This document shows, in pieces, positions 39,548 through 54,962 of a stretch of 64,000 nt of DNA. The DNA is from Setoptus koraiensis (Eukaryota > Animalia > Arthropoda). The DNA is taken from assembly GCA_048013815.1 (NCBI GenBank), contig CM106585.1, forward strand, positions 2,294,001 through 2,358,000. The letters run 5' to 3'. The position numbers and the translations under genes are program-made. Position 1 is the first letter of the stretch. Each line of letters begins with the position of its first letter. Under the pieces are notes generated by a model that searched no databases, was not told where the DNA came from, and was given only the letters and a program-made list of their open reading frames with translations.

Positions 39548-40933
39548 ATGAGTAACAATTGTGGTGTCCCATCATTGGAAGTTCCAGACCAATTGTTAGA
39601 AGTTCATATTATCGGGGTATTTAAAGTATGGCATATAATTTTTATAGTAATAGCTTTCCTAGTCACAATCGCCATTGTGTACTGTTGTTTTCACAGATGC
39701 CGTATACCTAGAACGAAGCAAGAGATTGAAGCCGATTCCATGAGAGCAAACTTGGCGAAAAAATTCCGAGAACATCTTCAAGAACTACCAGTGGAACAAA
39801 CATCATTCATGGATGTATTGAAGAAAGTTCAAGAGCTAGAGGATCTCAAAAAGGAGCATGAAAATGAAGATGGTATTGGCCCTAAGAAGCGGATGGGGTG
39901 GCTCAAAATGTTAGGAAAAGTAGAGACTATAAATAAAGAAGATGGAGATGACATGTTATTAGAAAAGAAGAGTGAAGATGTTGCAAATCCAATCTCCCCT
40001 GTAGTGAGTTTAGGAATGGATAACAATGACCAGCCACAAACAGATACAGCAGATAATATTCCCGAGCCTCAACTAGATACAACTATTGATACCAAGCCAA
40101 ATTTCATTTCGCCAGAGGAGACAGAAAGTGTGAAACAGATAAGGACGAAATTAGTTGGTGGTGAGAAGTTGAACAGAACTGAAAGAAAACGAATTAACCA
40201 AGTGGAGAAAGCATTAAAGAGGGCAAAAAAGGAAGCTGAAAAGTTGGCCAAATTAAATAATAAATTATTAATGAAGAAGGAAAAACTAGAATTGATTGAG
40301 CAAAAAAGGAAAGAGAAAGCAGCTAAATTAGAGTCAGAAAAACTTTTGAAGGAAGAAAAGAAAGCGGCAAAACTGGAGGAAGAAAAACTCTTGAAACAAG
40401 AAAAGAAAGCGACCAAAAAAGAAGAAAAGCACGTGAAAGAAGAAAAGAATGTAGATGAAGAAAAGCATGTAAAAGAAGAGAAGCATGTAAAAGAAGAGAA
40501 GCATGTAAAAGAAAAGAAGCATGTAAAAGAAGAGAAGCATGTGAAAGAAGGAAAGCATGTAAAAGAAAAAAAGAAAGACCCCAAAGATTCCGAAAAGTTA
40601 GTTAGTCGCAGCTTCGCCAAACCAGAAGTAGCAGAAAAGATCACCCCTCCTAGAGTCACTCAAACTAAATCCAAACGACAAACGTCACCCACTACCGAAG
40701 TGTCGAATGGTAAAGGTCTGAAGGATATTCCATCGAGGCACACTCATCATCATAGTGAAAATAGGGGGCGATCCAAATCCAGACGGCATCATTCAACATT
40801 AAAGAAAGAGGATCGCTCCAAGCTCAAGAAGAGTGTGCCTTCAAATCAAGACGATGCCACGATAAAGATCAGAAATCCTGAGATGAGAGAGATATATCAA
40901 ACTATAATCGATATTGACAAGTTGAGGCAATGA
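39548..40933 (+). CDS. TMIE: TMIE (transmembrane inner ear) homolog with a long Lys/Glu-rich C-terminal extension, intronless, 461 aa
   Basis: Hydrophobic helix VWHIIFIVIAFLVTIAIVY followed by CCFHRCRIPRTKQEIEAD, matching the TMIE signature CCxxxCRxPRTxxEIEA. Confidence 0.85.
   Translation: MSNNCGVPSLEVPDQLLEVHIIGVFKVWHIIFIVIAFLVTIAIVYCCFHRCRIPRTKQEIEADSMRANLAKKFREHLQELPVEQTSFMDVLKKVQELEDLKKEHENEDGIGPKKRMGWLKMLGKVETINKEDGDDMLLEKKSEDVANPISPVVSLGMDNNDQPQTDTADNIPEPQLDTTIDTKPNFISPEETESVKQIRTKLVGGEKLNRTERKRINQVEKALKRAKKEAEKLAKLNNKLLMKKEKLELIEQKRKEKAAKLESEKLLKEEKKAAKLEEEKLLKQEKKATKKEEKHVKEEKNVDEEKHVKEEKHVKEEKHVKEKKHVKEEKHVKEGKHVKEKKKDPKDSEKLVSRSFAKPEVAEKITPPRVTQTKSKRQTSPTTEVSNGKGLKDIPSRHTHHHSENRGRSKSRRHHSTLKKEDRSKLKKSVPSNQDDATIKIRNPEMREIYQTIIDIDKLRQ
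40418..40570 (+). repeat. Coding 18-bp tandem repeat, (KEEKHV)x~8
   Basis: AAAGAAGAGAAGCATGTA-like units read directly inside the TMIE ORF. Confidence 0.9.
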
Positions 40934-40947
40934 TGAGCAAGCAAACA

Positions 40948-40966
40948 AATAAATTATTTATTTATT
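40948..40966. promoter_or_regulatory. Convergent polyadenylation signals between TMIE and CPSF4
   Basis: AATAAA on + at 40948-40953; TTTATT (AATAAA on -) at 40957-40962 and 40961-40966, within a 52-bp gap between the two stop codons. Confidence 0.65.
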
Positions 40967-40985
40967 CCTTCTATTGTCAAATCGA

Positions 40986-42035
40986 TCATTTACAAAGTGA
41001 CAAAAAAGCGTGGTAACCTTTAGGGCAGCGATTGGCATAGTGTCCTTTGTGGCCACATTTAAAGCAGGTGACTTGATTCATTGGCTTGAATGTCTTGAAT
41101 CTTGGATCACCTGGTTGATTTGGATGATTTGTTTCGATTGGACTCTGCATCAAGTTCGGATCTTGCATTTGATGCTGCATAGGCATTTGATTCCTATGAG
41201 GGCTAGGAAATTGATTTTGGTGTTGATTATTTTGAAAGTGATTTTGATGTTGCTGTCCTTGATTGAATTGATTATGATGTTGACTTTGATATTGGTTGTG
41301 GTAACTATGTTGGGGGGCACTAGGAGGGTCGGTTAGTGGGACATTAACATTGTTCTTGTTAATTGTGCTGGGGTGCTGATGATGCTGTTGCATATGTTGT
41401 TGAGGGTGCTGATGTAGATTTTGATGTTGGTGTTGATGTGGGTGGTGATGCTGATTTTGACCCATAATATTGTTGTTATATAAGTGGGTCGAATTCATGT
41501 TAAATTGTCCCAACGTACCAGGCAAATCAAATCTGGGATGAACGTGTTTGCACTCCGGGCCAAGTGGACAGAATCCAACTAAGTAGTTGATACACATAAC
41601 CCTTAGAGTATGTCTATGCCTACAGTTTGGACCGTGTCTACAAAATCCACGATCGTACCATGGGCAATCACGTTTTTTCGAGCCAGGATCGATGTGCTGA
41701 AATGTGCATTCCTTGTTGGTACATGCATTAAATCTTGAGTAGAAGAAACATTCGGGCATTTTGGTCATATCGAACTCATGTAAAAATTCGCATTTGTCTC
41801 CTTTTTTGCACAAGCCACGCAACCAATGTTTGCAAACAACTGTTCTGTCACCTTCAGTATGTCTATAAGGACAAGATTGGCCTTTATCACAAGATCCTTT
41901 CAAATTGAATACACATATAGCTGCACCGGATTTATCCATACCATTGAATGGTAGCGGTAGAGCTCCGACTTGTTGTTCGATCTGTCTCTCAATATCGAAA
42001 GTCATATCGTCAACATGTGCCATTATTTCCTCCAT
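40986..42035 (-). CDS. CPSF4: Cleavage and polyadenylation specificity factor 4 (CPSF30/Clipper), intronless
   Basis: Five CCCH fingers (for example VCKHWLRGLCKKGDKCEFLHEFDMTKMPECFFY), a Q/H/N-rich linker and a zinc knuckle CFKCGHKGHYANRC. Confidence 0.97.
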   Translation of the reverse strand: MEEIMAHVDDMTFDIERQIEQQVGALPLPFNGMDKSGAAICVFNLKGSCDKGQSCPYRHTEGDRTVVCKHWLRGLCKKGDKCEFLHEFDMTKMPECFFYSRFNACTNKECTFQHIDPGSKKRDCPWYDRGFCRHGPNCRHRHTLRVMCINYLVGFCPLGPECKHVHPRFDLPGTLGQFNMNSTHLYNNNIMGQNQHHHPHQHQHQNLHQHPQQHMQQHHQHPSTINKNNVNVPLTDPPSAPQHSYHNQYQSQHHNQFNQGQQHQNHFQNNQHQNQFPSPHRNQMPMQHQMQDPNLMQSPIETNHPNQPGDPRFKTFKPMNQVTCFKCGHKGHYANRCPKGYHAFLSLCK

Positions 42036-43116
42036 GATTGAATTGATTCAGTATCTGATTGGTAAAAGATTCTTACTTGACCAAGGTTGTTACATCAAGC
42101 CCTCTGGTAGAATAGCGTTTCGAACACCTTGAAAGTTTATATTAATTAATGGATAAATTCTTGTGAGAGTTGATGAATGTTTATCATTTGTGGGATTAAC
42201 AGTTTATTTGCAAATGCGTCGTGTGTTCCTCATAAGATTAAGAGCTGAACACGCGCGGAGCATGCGTGAAAGGGAGCGCGAAGCTCAAAAGAATTTGAGG
42301 CTCAAAAATGTCGACAGTCAGAAGTGCATGGGGTGATTCTCATTTTCGATCCATCTTTGTCTGTGTCAATTCAATTTATACCATTTCCTCTGATTTTGTT
42401 GAACAGGTCTGTACTATGACTATTTAGAGAAGATTTATCAAGAGATAAGCGTTTAAAATTTCGTGCAATTATTGCAAAAAGTAAGCACGAAAAGGGCATG
42501 GGAATAGTGTATTCGTTCTCGACCTGAACAGCCGGAAACAGATAGGCCATAACCATCTCCTTCTGACACTGCCACCTAACTAGGTTGCCTCGTGAGAGAT
42601 CTTGCGATTGAGCCCATTGCCTCTTAGGCGACCACTGAGTGAACAAACATATACCGGTACATCGTACTTTTCATTCGCTTTTACTTGCTCATCACGCGTT
42701 ATTTCGTAAGGTGTACGGCTTTCACTTAGCAGACTAGAATGACCGGCATTCGCTATCAATAGACTATTGAGTCTCGAGCTCTTATATATTATTATTGAGA
42801 CTATTTAGGTGATATTACACAAGACTATCGAGTTGCTACACATACCATGTTACGCACTCATTACATTCTAATGTTCGAAGTAGAGCTCAGTAGAATCATA
42901 AACGAAGTCTTGTCCCGGCCATCATACTACTCCTGTTGAGTCAAAAGAACGCCTCTGAACAAATCACACGCTCTAAACATGTATCTCACATTGTGAGATA
43001 TTTTCTATTATTAATTAAAACAATTATATATCATTCTCTTGTCTATTATGACACTGGTGACAGAATAAAATTTATTAGATACTATTCATATGTACATGGT
43101 GAAACCGTGATGATTG

Positions 43117-46391
<3,275 letters not shown>

Positions 46392-47647
46392 GTTGAATTT
46401 GTTAGTGATAATTGTTTAATCTGTATTGTAGTTAAAATAAATAATGTTGAAGAGCATTCATGGGAATGTCAACTCGGTCCGAGAGATTAATTGTAATGTA
46501 GAGGCAGGTTGTTACATGTAGATTTAAGATTTCTTTCGGAAAAGCCTTTTGCAGCCTCGAAATGAGAAAAAACCCCTCAACTGCGCAGACTCCTGGCGGT
46601 GAATTCAAACTCAGAAAGCACGTGGATACATACAGTACGAGAGAGAAAACCAACAGCCTTATTGTCTGGTGTAACCGATAACGACTCCTGTTAGTTCTGT
46701 GCTAACGAGATTGGCGCAGTTAATACATACTGTACAATATATTACATAACTTGTTTGAGCATCAGGCAGTAATGCGAAATTACGCATTAGTATATAGATT
46801 AGCCTTGCTGTAGCTTGTGCAGTTTGTCAAAACAAGTCGATCAAGACAAACTTTGCGTTTGGACGAGCGAATCAAATGCAACTCTGTGCACAAGTTTAGT
46901 CGTGTATGAGTCACAACATCGATATATAAAACTAAACAAAAGTGCATCGCATTAGCCCTTCAGTTCTCTCCCCTATTTATCTGCTAACACACACGCACCA
47001 CACAAACGAACGTACACGTATATACCGAACAAAAAAGAATAACAAAAAGCGTTCGAAGTCTCTTTCTGTCTCTCTATAATACTCAATCTGTATATATCGT
47101 CGGTATCATAGATGCGAAGCCTGGATATATCAACAATTCGATATACGATAGAGCCATCCGACGCCCTTGACAAAGCCAACGAATTTCATCGAAGCATTAT
47201 TGCATCATTCAAGCACCCAAGTTAACTAGCTACAATGACGACCAATAGTTGTTTAGTCGTCACATTTAAGTGTGATCTAATGTAACAAATGACATTGTCA
47301 CATTAATAATTTGACATAAACGTAGCTCAACCAGGAATTGATCGAAATAAACAACGAAAACACTGCCGAGTTATTTTAATATCTGTTTTTACCTGTGAGA
47401 ATAGTCCGCAAAAGTTACCAGTTAATTAAACTCATTTACATCTCACACATTGAGAGTTGGCTAGTTAAAAATTATAACTAAACCAATTCATTTTAATTCT
47501 CGTGCAACGTCCATATCATTATTCATCGAAGATTCGAGAACGATTCAATTTTACCCTAGCAGGGCTATCATTTTAATCGAACAAGTGGTGAACTTTTAGT
47601 AACGATATCACTAATTAATATAAAATACGACGAAGGAATTCATAACA

Positions 47648-49297
47648 ATGCTCGACACTACAAAACCGTCCAGCGATTTTCTATTGACAACAGTGACACC
47701 AGCCATTTTCAAGCTCTTCAGGACATTTGCTTGTGCTGGTGGCGATGTTGCAAATCATTTCACTGGGAGTAGCGTAACTTATCTACCCCCGGTCAACGAC
47801 CCTATTCTAGTGATGCCAACTCATGAATTGGCGGAAAAGATAAGAAAAAAACAATTGACAAGCGAAAGCATCGTTAGAGCGTTTATTAATAGAGCTCGCC
47901 TTGTGCAAGGCTACTTGAATGCTATAATAGACGATCGTTACGATCTAGCTATCGAAGATGCGAAAGCCATAGATGAGTTCCTCAAGACATGTACGCTCAC
48001 TGAACAAGAACTGGCCAACCAAAAGCCATTTCTTGGAATACCATTCACAGTGAAAGATTCGGTTCAGGTGACAGGCATGAAATGGACCTCAGGATGTGTT
48101 ATTAGGAAAGATATGGTTGCAACAGAAGACGCGCCAGTTGTTAGAAACCTGAGAAAGGCAGGAGCTATACCGATTGCAATTACAAATGTACCAGAACTTC
48201 TACTGTGGATGGCCTCGTCTAATAAATTGTATGGCGCCACAAACAACCCGTTTGATTCATCTAGAGTTCCCGGCGGTTCAAGCGGAGGGGAGGGTGCACT
48301 TGTTACCTCTTGCGGATCGCCACTGTCAGTTTGCAGCGATATTGGAGGATCTATACGAATGCCCGCCTTCCATTGTGGACTCTTCGGACATAAGCCTACG
48401 CACAAAGTGATACCGTGGCAAGGAACGTTTCCTGTAATCGAGAATGGCCTAGAGGATTTATTCTCTTTTGGTCCAGTGAGTCGTTTTGCAGATGACTTGA
48501 TTCCTGCAATCAAAGCCATGGCAGGAGAGAATAAGCATCTTTTTGTGGATATAGATAAGCCTGTCGATTTAACGAAGATTCGTGTTTTCTATATTGATGA
48601 GTCTGAAGACGACATGTCAGCTAAGGCAGAATCCTACATAAAAGATGCCATCAACAAAGCAGCCCAACATTTCGGCCAAAAATTTGGAGTTCCTGTGGAA
48701 AAAGCCAAGCTGAACTATTTCAAGCATGCAGGTCTCTGGTATTCCCTATTATTCGCCAACGAGCAAGAAGTATCAAAACTCCTTACTGGAAACACCCACA
48801 AAATAAATCCATTCCTTGAATTGTGCAAAAGTTTGATTGGACAATCTAACTATAGCCCTTCAGCTTTGACTGCGGCCGCTGCACAAGCAACAGCTCAGGC
48901 AACATGTGGGCCAAATAAAGGGGCCGTAGCACTGTATTCGGCCACTCAAGAATTGTTGGAGAAATCGAGAGCAGAATTTAACTCATTGTTAGGAGATGAT
49001 GGAGTCTTCATTTATGTTACGCTGCCTCACACAGCCGTGTCACATTATGCCTCTTTCTTTGAGTTCACAAACGTATGCTGTCCGATGGTCATGAACTATC
49101 TCGGTGTTCCAGCCACCCAAGTGCCTGCGGGTATCAATGAAGGACTTCCATATGGATTTCAGGTTGCCGCTTCCCCCTTTAATGATAGATTGACGTTGGC
49201 CGTAGCCAAAGAACTGGAATCTGTTTTTGGTGGTTGGGTCAAACCCTGCGATATAAATATTGATTCCGGAAGTAGCGAGCCCATCGCATTCACATAG
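47648..49297 (+). CDS. FAAH2: Fatty-acid amide hydrolase 2 (amidase signature family), intronless
   Basis: PFLGIPFTVKDS (catalytic Lys), GGSSGGEG and SDIGGSIRMPA (Ser-cisSer), GLPYGFQV. Confidence 0.93.
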   Translation: MLDTTKPSSDFLLTTVTPAIFKLFRTFACAGGDVANHFTGSSVTYLPPVNDPILVMPTHELAEKIRKKQLTSESIVRAFINRARLVQGYLNAIIDDRYDLAIEDAKAIDEFLKTCTLTEQELANQKPFLGIPFTVKDSVQVTGMKWTSGCVIRKDMVATEDAPVVRNLRKAGAIPIAITNVPELLLWMASSNKLYGATNNPFDSSRVPGGSSGGEGALVTSCGSPLSVCSDIGGSIRMPAFHCGLFGHKPTHKVIPWQGTFPVIENGLEDLFSFGPVSRFADDLIPAIKAMAGENKHLFVDIDKPVDLTKIRVFYIDESEDDMSAKAESYIKDAINKAAQHFGQKFGVPVEKAKLNYFKHAGLWYSLLFANEQEVSKLLTGNTHKINPFLELCKSLIGQSNYSPSALTAAAAQATAQATCGPNKGAVALYSATQELLEKSRAEFNSLLGDDGVFIYVTLPHTAVSHYASFFEFTNVCCPMVMNYLGVPATQVPAGINEGLPYGFQVAASPFNDRLTLAVAKELESVFGGWVKPCDINIDSGSSEPIAFT

Positions 49298-49738
49298 ATT
49301 TTAAACTCAAGACGCAGATACCCATCAAAGTATTATAATACAAAATAGCAAATCATCATACTTATTGACACACCAGTGAACAACTTATCTTTATTGAGAT
49401 GTGTACGAAAATTTATCATTGACTGATCATGTTTTACATAACCTTAGTATTGTGATGATCTAATCATTTGAAGCATTCAATAGTAATAATACAAATAACT
49501 GTTGAACAAAAAAATAAAAACAAATAACTTGTGCAATTCAAACCAATCTTGTCTCGATCGTTATAAGGATTGTTGAATCATACACGTTGGTACAGCGATG
49601 GCACATTATAAGATAAGTATATTATATATATTATAAAAGTAGTTGCGACCATAGTTCGAATCATTTATTATTGGATAAATGTAGCTGCTTGGCACTGGTT
49701 CGTTAACAAAATCTGAAGACTGCATTATTGCACAACAG

Positions 49739-50503
49739 TTAATCGGTACCGAAGTATCTATGGCCAAAATGGTTTGGGCACACAGGATTTATGTCTGATG
49801 TAAGAACAAACATTCTGGGGAACCTGTTATTTATGAGCCTAGCAGCTTTTGGTGAACAAAAAAGATTTAGAAGTATCAAGTTGTCTTGCTTAACTCCATA
49901 GCTCTCGAGCACCTTAACTGATTCGAAGACAGCCAACCCAGTTGACATGATAGGATACAGTAGCAGTATTTTTCTTTGAGCTATGTCATGCGGAAATTTT
50001 GCATAAAGCACTCTTGCTTGATTGTTTTCGTCACTCTTGATGAGTATCTTGCCTATACGGATTGATCTACAACAATCCCTAAGACCTTGCTCCATTGATT
50101 CACCTGATCTCACAATTGATACACCGCAATTGCCTTTCAGGTACCTGATACCATGAAATATTTGTCCTGTAGGTGTTTGAACATCAACATTTTCTATTGG
50201 CAACTGATTCAATCCCTCCTCTACTACAAGTCTAATGAGACGGTCGGCATAAAATTTGAAATCACCTCGTGTTGTTGTCCTGTCTCTTAATACAGTTTGC
50301 AATTCTCTAATTTGGTCATTGACTGGCATCAACATAAATCTGGCGTTCAGCTTGAGATCAGTCTGAGGGTGCAAAGATTGAATAGATGATAATGTTGTGG
50401 GTGTAGATGATGCATTAGATATACGTGACAATGATGCAGTTTCAGCCTTGCCGTCGGTGCCGTTTGACATGGTCTTAGGCGCTATTCCATCTTGGGTTGA
50501 CAT
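49739..50503 (-). CDS. UPRT: Uracil phosphoribosyltransferase homolog (animal type), intronless
   Basis: RELQTVLRDRTTTRGDFKFYADRLIRLVVEEGLNQLP, GVSIVRSGESMEQGLRDCCRSIRIGKILI, LLYPIMSTG, NHFGHRYFGTD. Confidence 0.95.
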   Translation of the reverse strand: MSTQDGIAPKTMSNGTDGKAETASLSRISNASSTPTTLSSIQSLHPQTDLKLNARFMLMPVNDQIRELQTVLRDRTTTRGDFKFYADRLIRLVVEEGLNQLPIENVDVQTPTGQIFHGIRYLKGNCGVSIVRSGESMEQGLRDCCRSIRIGKILIKSDENNQARVLYAKFPHDIAQRKILLLYPIMSTGLAVFESVKVLESYGVKQDNLILLNLFCSPKAARLINNRFPRMFVLTSDINPVCPNHFGHRYFGTD

Positions 50504-51187
50504 GACAATAATGTATCTATTTCAAGTCATAAAATTTTATATCTGACTCAATGGTGATATATGTGTAGATTGGGTATAACAAAAGACCATGTAAGCAGAA
50601 TATGAAACAAGTATGAGGCCTTATTGTCGTTATCTCCTATGTTGTTTCATTTTTGTTCTAATTTTAGAATGGTTGGTTATAGGATGCTTTTTCCTTGTTG
50701 TCTATGCTAAATGAATCAACAAAATGGAGTGTAATGAGAGGATCCGAGTGCAGATAGATCAATAGAAGTCAAAACATATGTTTCGTAAAAGAATTGTAAA
50801 TAGGCAGAAGGAATCATACTGTTCGATCGCATTTCTGCGCTTATCCAATCTCCACCAGATGGAGGGACTTCAAAAAAGGAAGAGAATCATCAAGTTCGAC
50901 TCTTCATACAGCTACTGTATAACTTTATTACTTGTCATCACCGTGTTGAGAGTGACTTCTTTATTTATGCATCAATAGATTATAATTGAGAACTTTGTTT
51001 CGGATGATTTTACTAAGCCGAGTTATTGTCCGTTATCGTTTCCATATTTTCGGCTTCAAGATCATCAGTGGTTAGGTCGATGGGCTCATGAATATAGAAA
51101 TTCATAGTAGTCTCACATCGACTTGTGACTGGTTGTTGTTTATAAGCTTGGTGCGAGCGGAATGGCTTGAGATACAAGAACGCCTAA

Positions 51188-51601
51188 CTATCTACGGCCC
51201 GCCCATTGCATATAAGAATATGTTCCTATAATTATCGGCGAAAGCTGAGAATAAGATTCGTTCAATTGTTTGTATAAATGAATTAGTTCTTGGTTGATTT
51301 TGCTGAGATTGGTTGGACATTAGAGGAAATCAATAAATAATTAATTACTTACCACAAGGGCTGATATGCAGAGTAGTAAAAAAAGGCATCTACACCCGGT
51401 GGGCCTATTCTCGAGATTATCCAGAGCGGTCACTTGTACTAACACAGAACTGCCACCATTAGACAAATATTCTCTGTGTAAAACACGTCCCGACTGCTGG
51501 TTTTGATTGTTTGTGGAATTCCTGTGATATTTGTTGGGATCGGTCACGTCATAAGCTGGTGGTGGGTCAATATTTTGAAAACTATCTTGTGACTTGGACA
51601 T
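51188..51601 (-). CDS. Small PPxY-motif protein with a C-terminal transmembrane segment, 101 aa
   Basis: Exon 51601-51353 (GTAAGT donor) and exon 51244-51188 (CAG acceptor) join in frame: MSKSQDSFQNIDPPPAYDV...GCRCLFLLLCISALV|LSPIIIGTYSYMQWAGRR*. Confidence 0.6.
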
Positions 51602-52794
51602 ATTTATAAATTGAGTCGGTATAAGTTAGTCTAGACTAGAGCAAACAAAGACGAGTTTAGCTTTTAATGGTTAGCTATCATGACGGATGACCGTTTCAGT
51701 GTATGTCTGGCTCTACTTTATTAGCAGATGATACTTAATCATGGAATCGACGTAAATAGAAACAATTGATATTGTCCTTTTTTCTTTGGAATAATTTATT
51801 CTGTTCTTGCTAGTCTCTGTCATATAACACTGTTAGACAGATTTCTATAACAAATATATACAGGAGTGTTTTGTTTGTTTGTCCAATGTGAATACTATTG
51901 TGATGACATCACTAATGAATACTCTTTTTTTATACCAATCATTCAGTTGCTTTTCTGACGAACAAATCTCTACTCTAGAGACCCCACACGTCTTATTCAC
52001 ATGTAATAACGATGAGTAATGATGATAATAAAAATCTAGTTTCGCTCATGAATCATCTGTAGTCTCAACGACTTAACCGGTTGAAACGGATCTCGCTCAC
52101 TACGAACAAGCACCTTTTTCTAGCCCAACAGTACAGTAATTGCTGTCGACTGGTTGTTTAAATATGGGAGCTTGCCAAAGCCAGATCTATCAATATTCTG
52201 CATCACATAATAGAGTGTCACAGAAACTCTAACTCTGTTATCAGAGACGTGCTAGCAGCATCAATATCAGAATGACAGTTTGAAATCTGATTCTTATTCA
52301 AGAAATTGTATCGACATGTTGAATTGATTAGCACAAGTTGCATCGCGTCATTTATACGTGATTATGCAGACTCATGTTTAGATGTGAGGACTGGAAGAGT
52401 TCAAAATTATCTACTCGCATGATATCTCATTTTACTTATGCGATGCCGGATCTAATGAAGGATCAATAAATTTAGGTTGGCTTGTTGAATATAAGATTAT
52501 TTTATTTTCCGTCATCATAAATACTATCTTATAAGTGCAGCTTGTTATTGTTTTTTTTTTCAAAAACTATGGAGCAATCATTTGATGAAGCTACAAATTA
52601 TCATCTTCGGAACTAATAAAAGGATTTCTCTTTGTTCGTCTTTTTTTCTGGCATCTTGGTGTGGTCATCGATGGGATCGAGTTGGTCAGATATGGTCTAT
52701 AAGAACACGGATAGCAGTATAACGGAAACAAGGACCTTTATGTATTGATGCAATCAATCGTGATAGAAGAATAACCATCGTAGTGGACAAACGA

Positions 52795-53286
52795 CTAGAA
52801 TATTAATATAATTAAAAAGATCTAACAATACACATGAATTAATAGTAAAGTTTAGATCGGTCATTTGTTGTGGGTGCTGTTATTTGGATGACCGAGTTGA
52901 AGTTCTCATGCAATTTAACTTACCAAGAAGAATAGTAGGCAGACCCAACATGGACAAGAGCAGCAACAGCAACAACACTCTTCGGGTTTTTCCTCAAGAT
53001 TATTTACGGCAATGATTGGAGTATTTGCAGGTAAATGTTGCATGTGTATTACATGATTGGGTGGATAGTATGGTTTGATGCTCGATCCTTCGAAGCGCAA
53101 AGGCTGGCTATATGGTGGTGGTGGATTGTAATTCTGATAACCTTCTGGTACAGTTATGATGTTGAGTAGATTGCGGATTCACAAAGAATGATAAAATATT
53201 ATTGATTAGTCTAACTATTGGTTCGTTTAGAAAAGTTGTTGCGTTTGTTTTTTGAGGGGCAGTATTTATCATTTACCAGTTGACAT
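52795..53286 (-). CDS. CYSTM-like tail-anchored microprotein, 85 aa
   Basis: Exons 53286-53277 (CACCATG start), 53144-52924 and 52821-52795 join in frame: MSTEGYQNYNPPPPYSQP...KPEECCCCCCSCPCWVCLLFFL|IFLIILIF*. The exon 1 and exon 3 choices are inferred. Confidence 0.6.
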
Positions 53287-54962
53287 GGTGTAATATTGGA
53301 GTATTCTATTACGTTTGAAGCTACTCTAATGTTCCGATGATATCTGCATAAAACTGATGCAAACAATGCTTGTTGAGCCTGTTTCGAAATGGTATCGTAA
53401 CAATGCACAATGCTGTCTAAGTTTGACTGTTGGTTGTATGGGTCTTATTCTTCATGAGAGTGGCAGTTTTTTTATTTTATGCAAATATCACGAACCGATA
53501 TGGATTTGTTTGTGTTTATTTAATACATTCTAGAAGTAACCTGAACAATATTGTGGTGACATAATTCAAGAGCTCTCTCAATCGAACACGTTGATTTTCT
53601 AGACAGACGAATGAGTGCAACATGTAAGGATCCTATGTGTTTTCATGAAAATATTTGTTGTTGATTGCTAGAACGATGCGTCATGGTAGCGATAAAAATC
53701 TATAGTTTTGTCGCATGAATGATCACTTAACATTTGGCTAGCAACCTGATCAATTGAAGAATCTGTCCCATTGTTGGTCTCACTATCGCTATGCTAGTGA
53801 TTGCAGTTACTAGATATTACTTGACTTGAACAATCCTATTCTGTATATCGTCTACTGAAATTAGACGATATCATATATTTGTACTCAAAGATATTCACAA
53901 TTTCCACCTAATGTTCATCTTGTATTTCAATCTTGCCAATGAAGATAAAATCACAATGGATTTTAATGCCTGAATGATTCGAGGTGACTTGTGAGCGAGA
54001 AACAAACCATTTGAAAAGTCGCGGCAGGGCTTTTTTCTTCTGGTGAAATCTACTAGAAAGCAAGTCCTTCTCACTAGCATGAGAATAGTCAGCAACAAGA
54101 TAATTGAGCAAAATAGCAAAGAAATAGTTTACAACTGAGACAACAACGATAAAGTTTATCAAGGTTGGTTAAGTTGCATGACTGAAAATTCTTTACTATA
54201 GAATCTAGTCACTCCTTGGCTTGGCACTGTGGAATAAGTAATACTGTTAGATAGAATTGAACAGGAATTCTTTTGAATTTATTTTTTTTTAACAAATGAC
54301 GCTGTGAAAACTTCCTTCTACGCATTGTCAGTTGTATAGTTTTCAAGACATTGATTTTAAACAAAGACAACATTTCTTGCAGAATAGAACTATCTGTATA
54401 CATGAATATGTAATTGCTTGGTATATATGAACTATACTTATAATTTCAAGTTCAACAACAAAATGCAAGTTAGACGATACCTCTCCACCTCTTGCATTGA
54501 TATCAATAATTACATAAGGTTTGGGCCTACATAACAGCAATCAAAGTTCATGTAGTTTTTTTATCTCTCCCATGACACGAGTCAAGCTTGTCATATGAAT
54601 ATCACTCTAATTCATTGAAGACATTTCTTTTAAGATATGATAGATATATAATAAATTTAAGAACAATATTAACTATTGGCATTGTATAATGAATAGACCA
54701 TAGAGTCCGAATGATTTGTCTGGTCTTAGTGGCACGTGAGAGTAAGCAAATAGTAATAAATTGGCGGTGGTAGATTGTGTCTTTGCAGCTTGTATTTTGA
54801 ATATATCCAATAATAATTGTATCCATGTACATGCTCTGCAACAATCAGAGCGATTAGATAAACAGTATCACATCATCTCGCTATTCTCTGACAGGATAAA
54901 TGATTCTTGTAATCATCATCAAGCGCGCTCTTATATCGTGCATCGGATGCTTGAAAGCTAGC

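Noticed and set aside
40069-40659. Antisense ORFs over TMIE (and similar ones over Sp, Tob, FAAH2 and ACP7)
   Set aside because: They are shadow frames of repetitive or biased sense-strand codons.
46450-46620. Possible RNase P/MRP-like RNA upstream of AAAS
   Set aside because: The two P4-like strings are not complementary, so there is no support.
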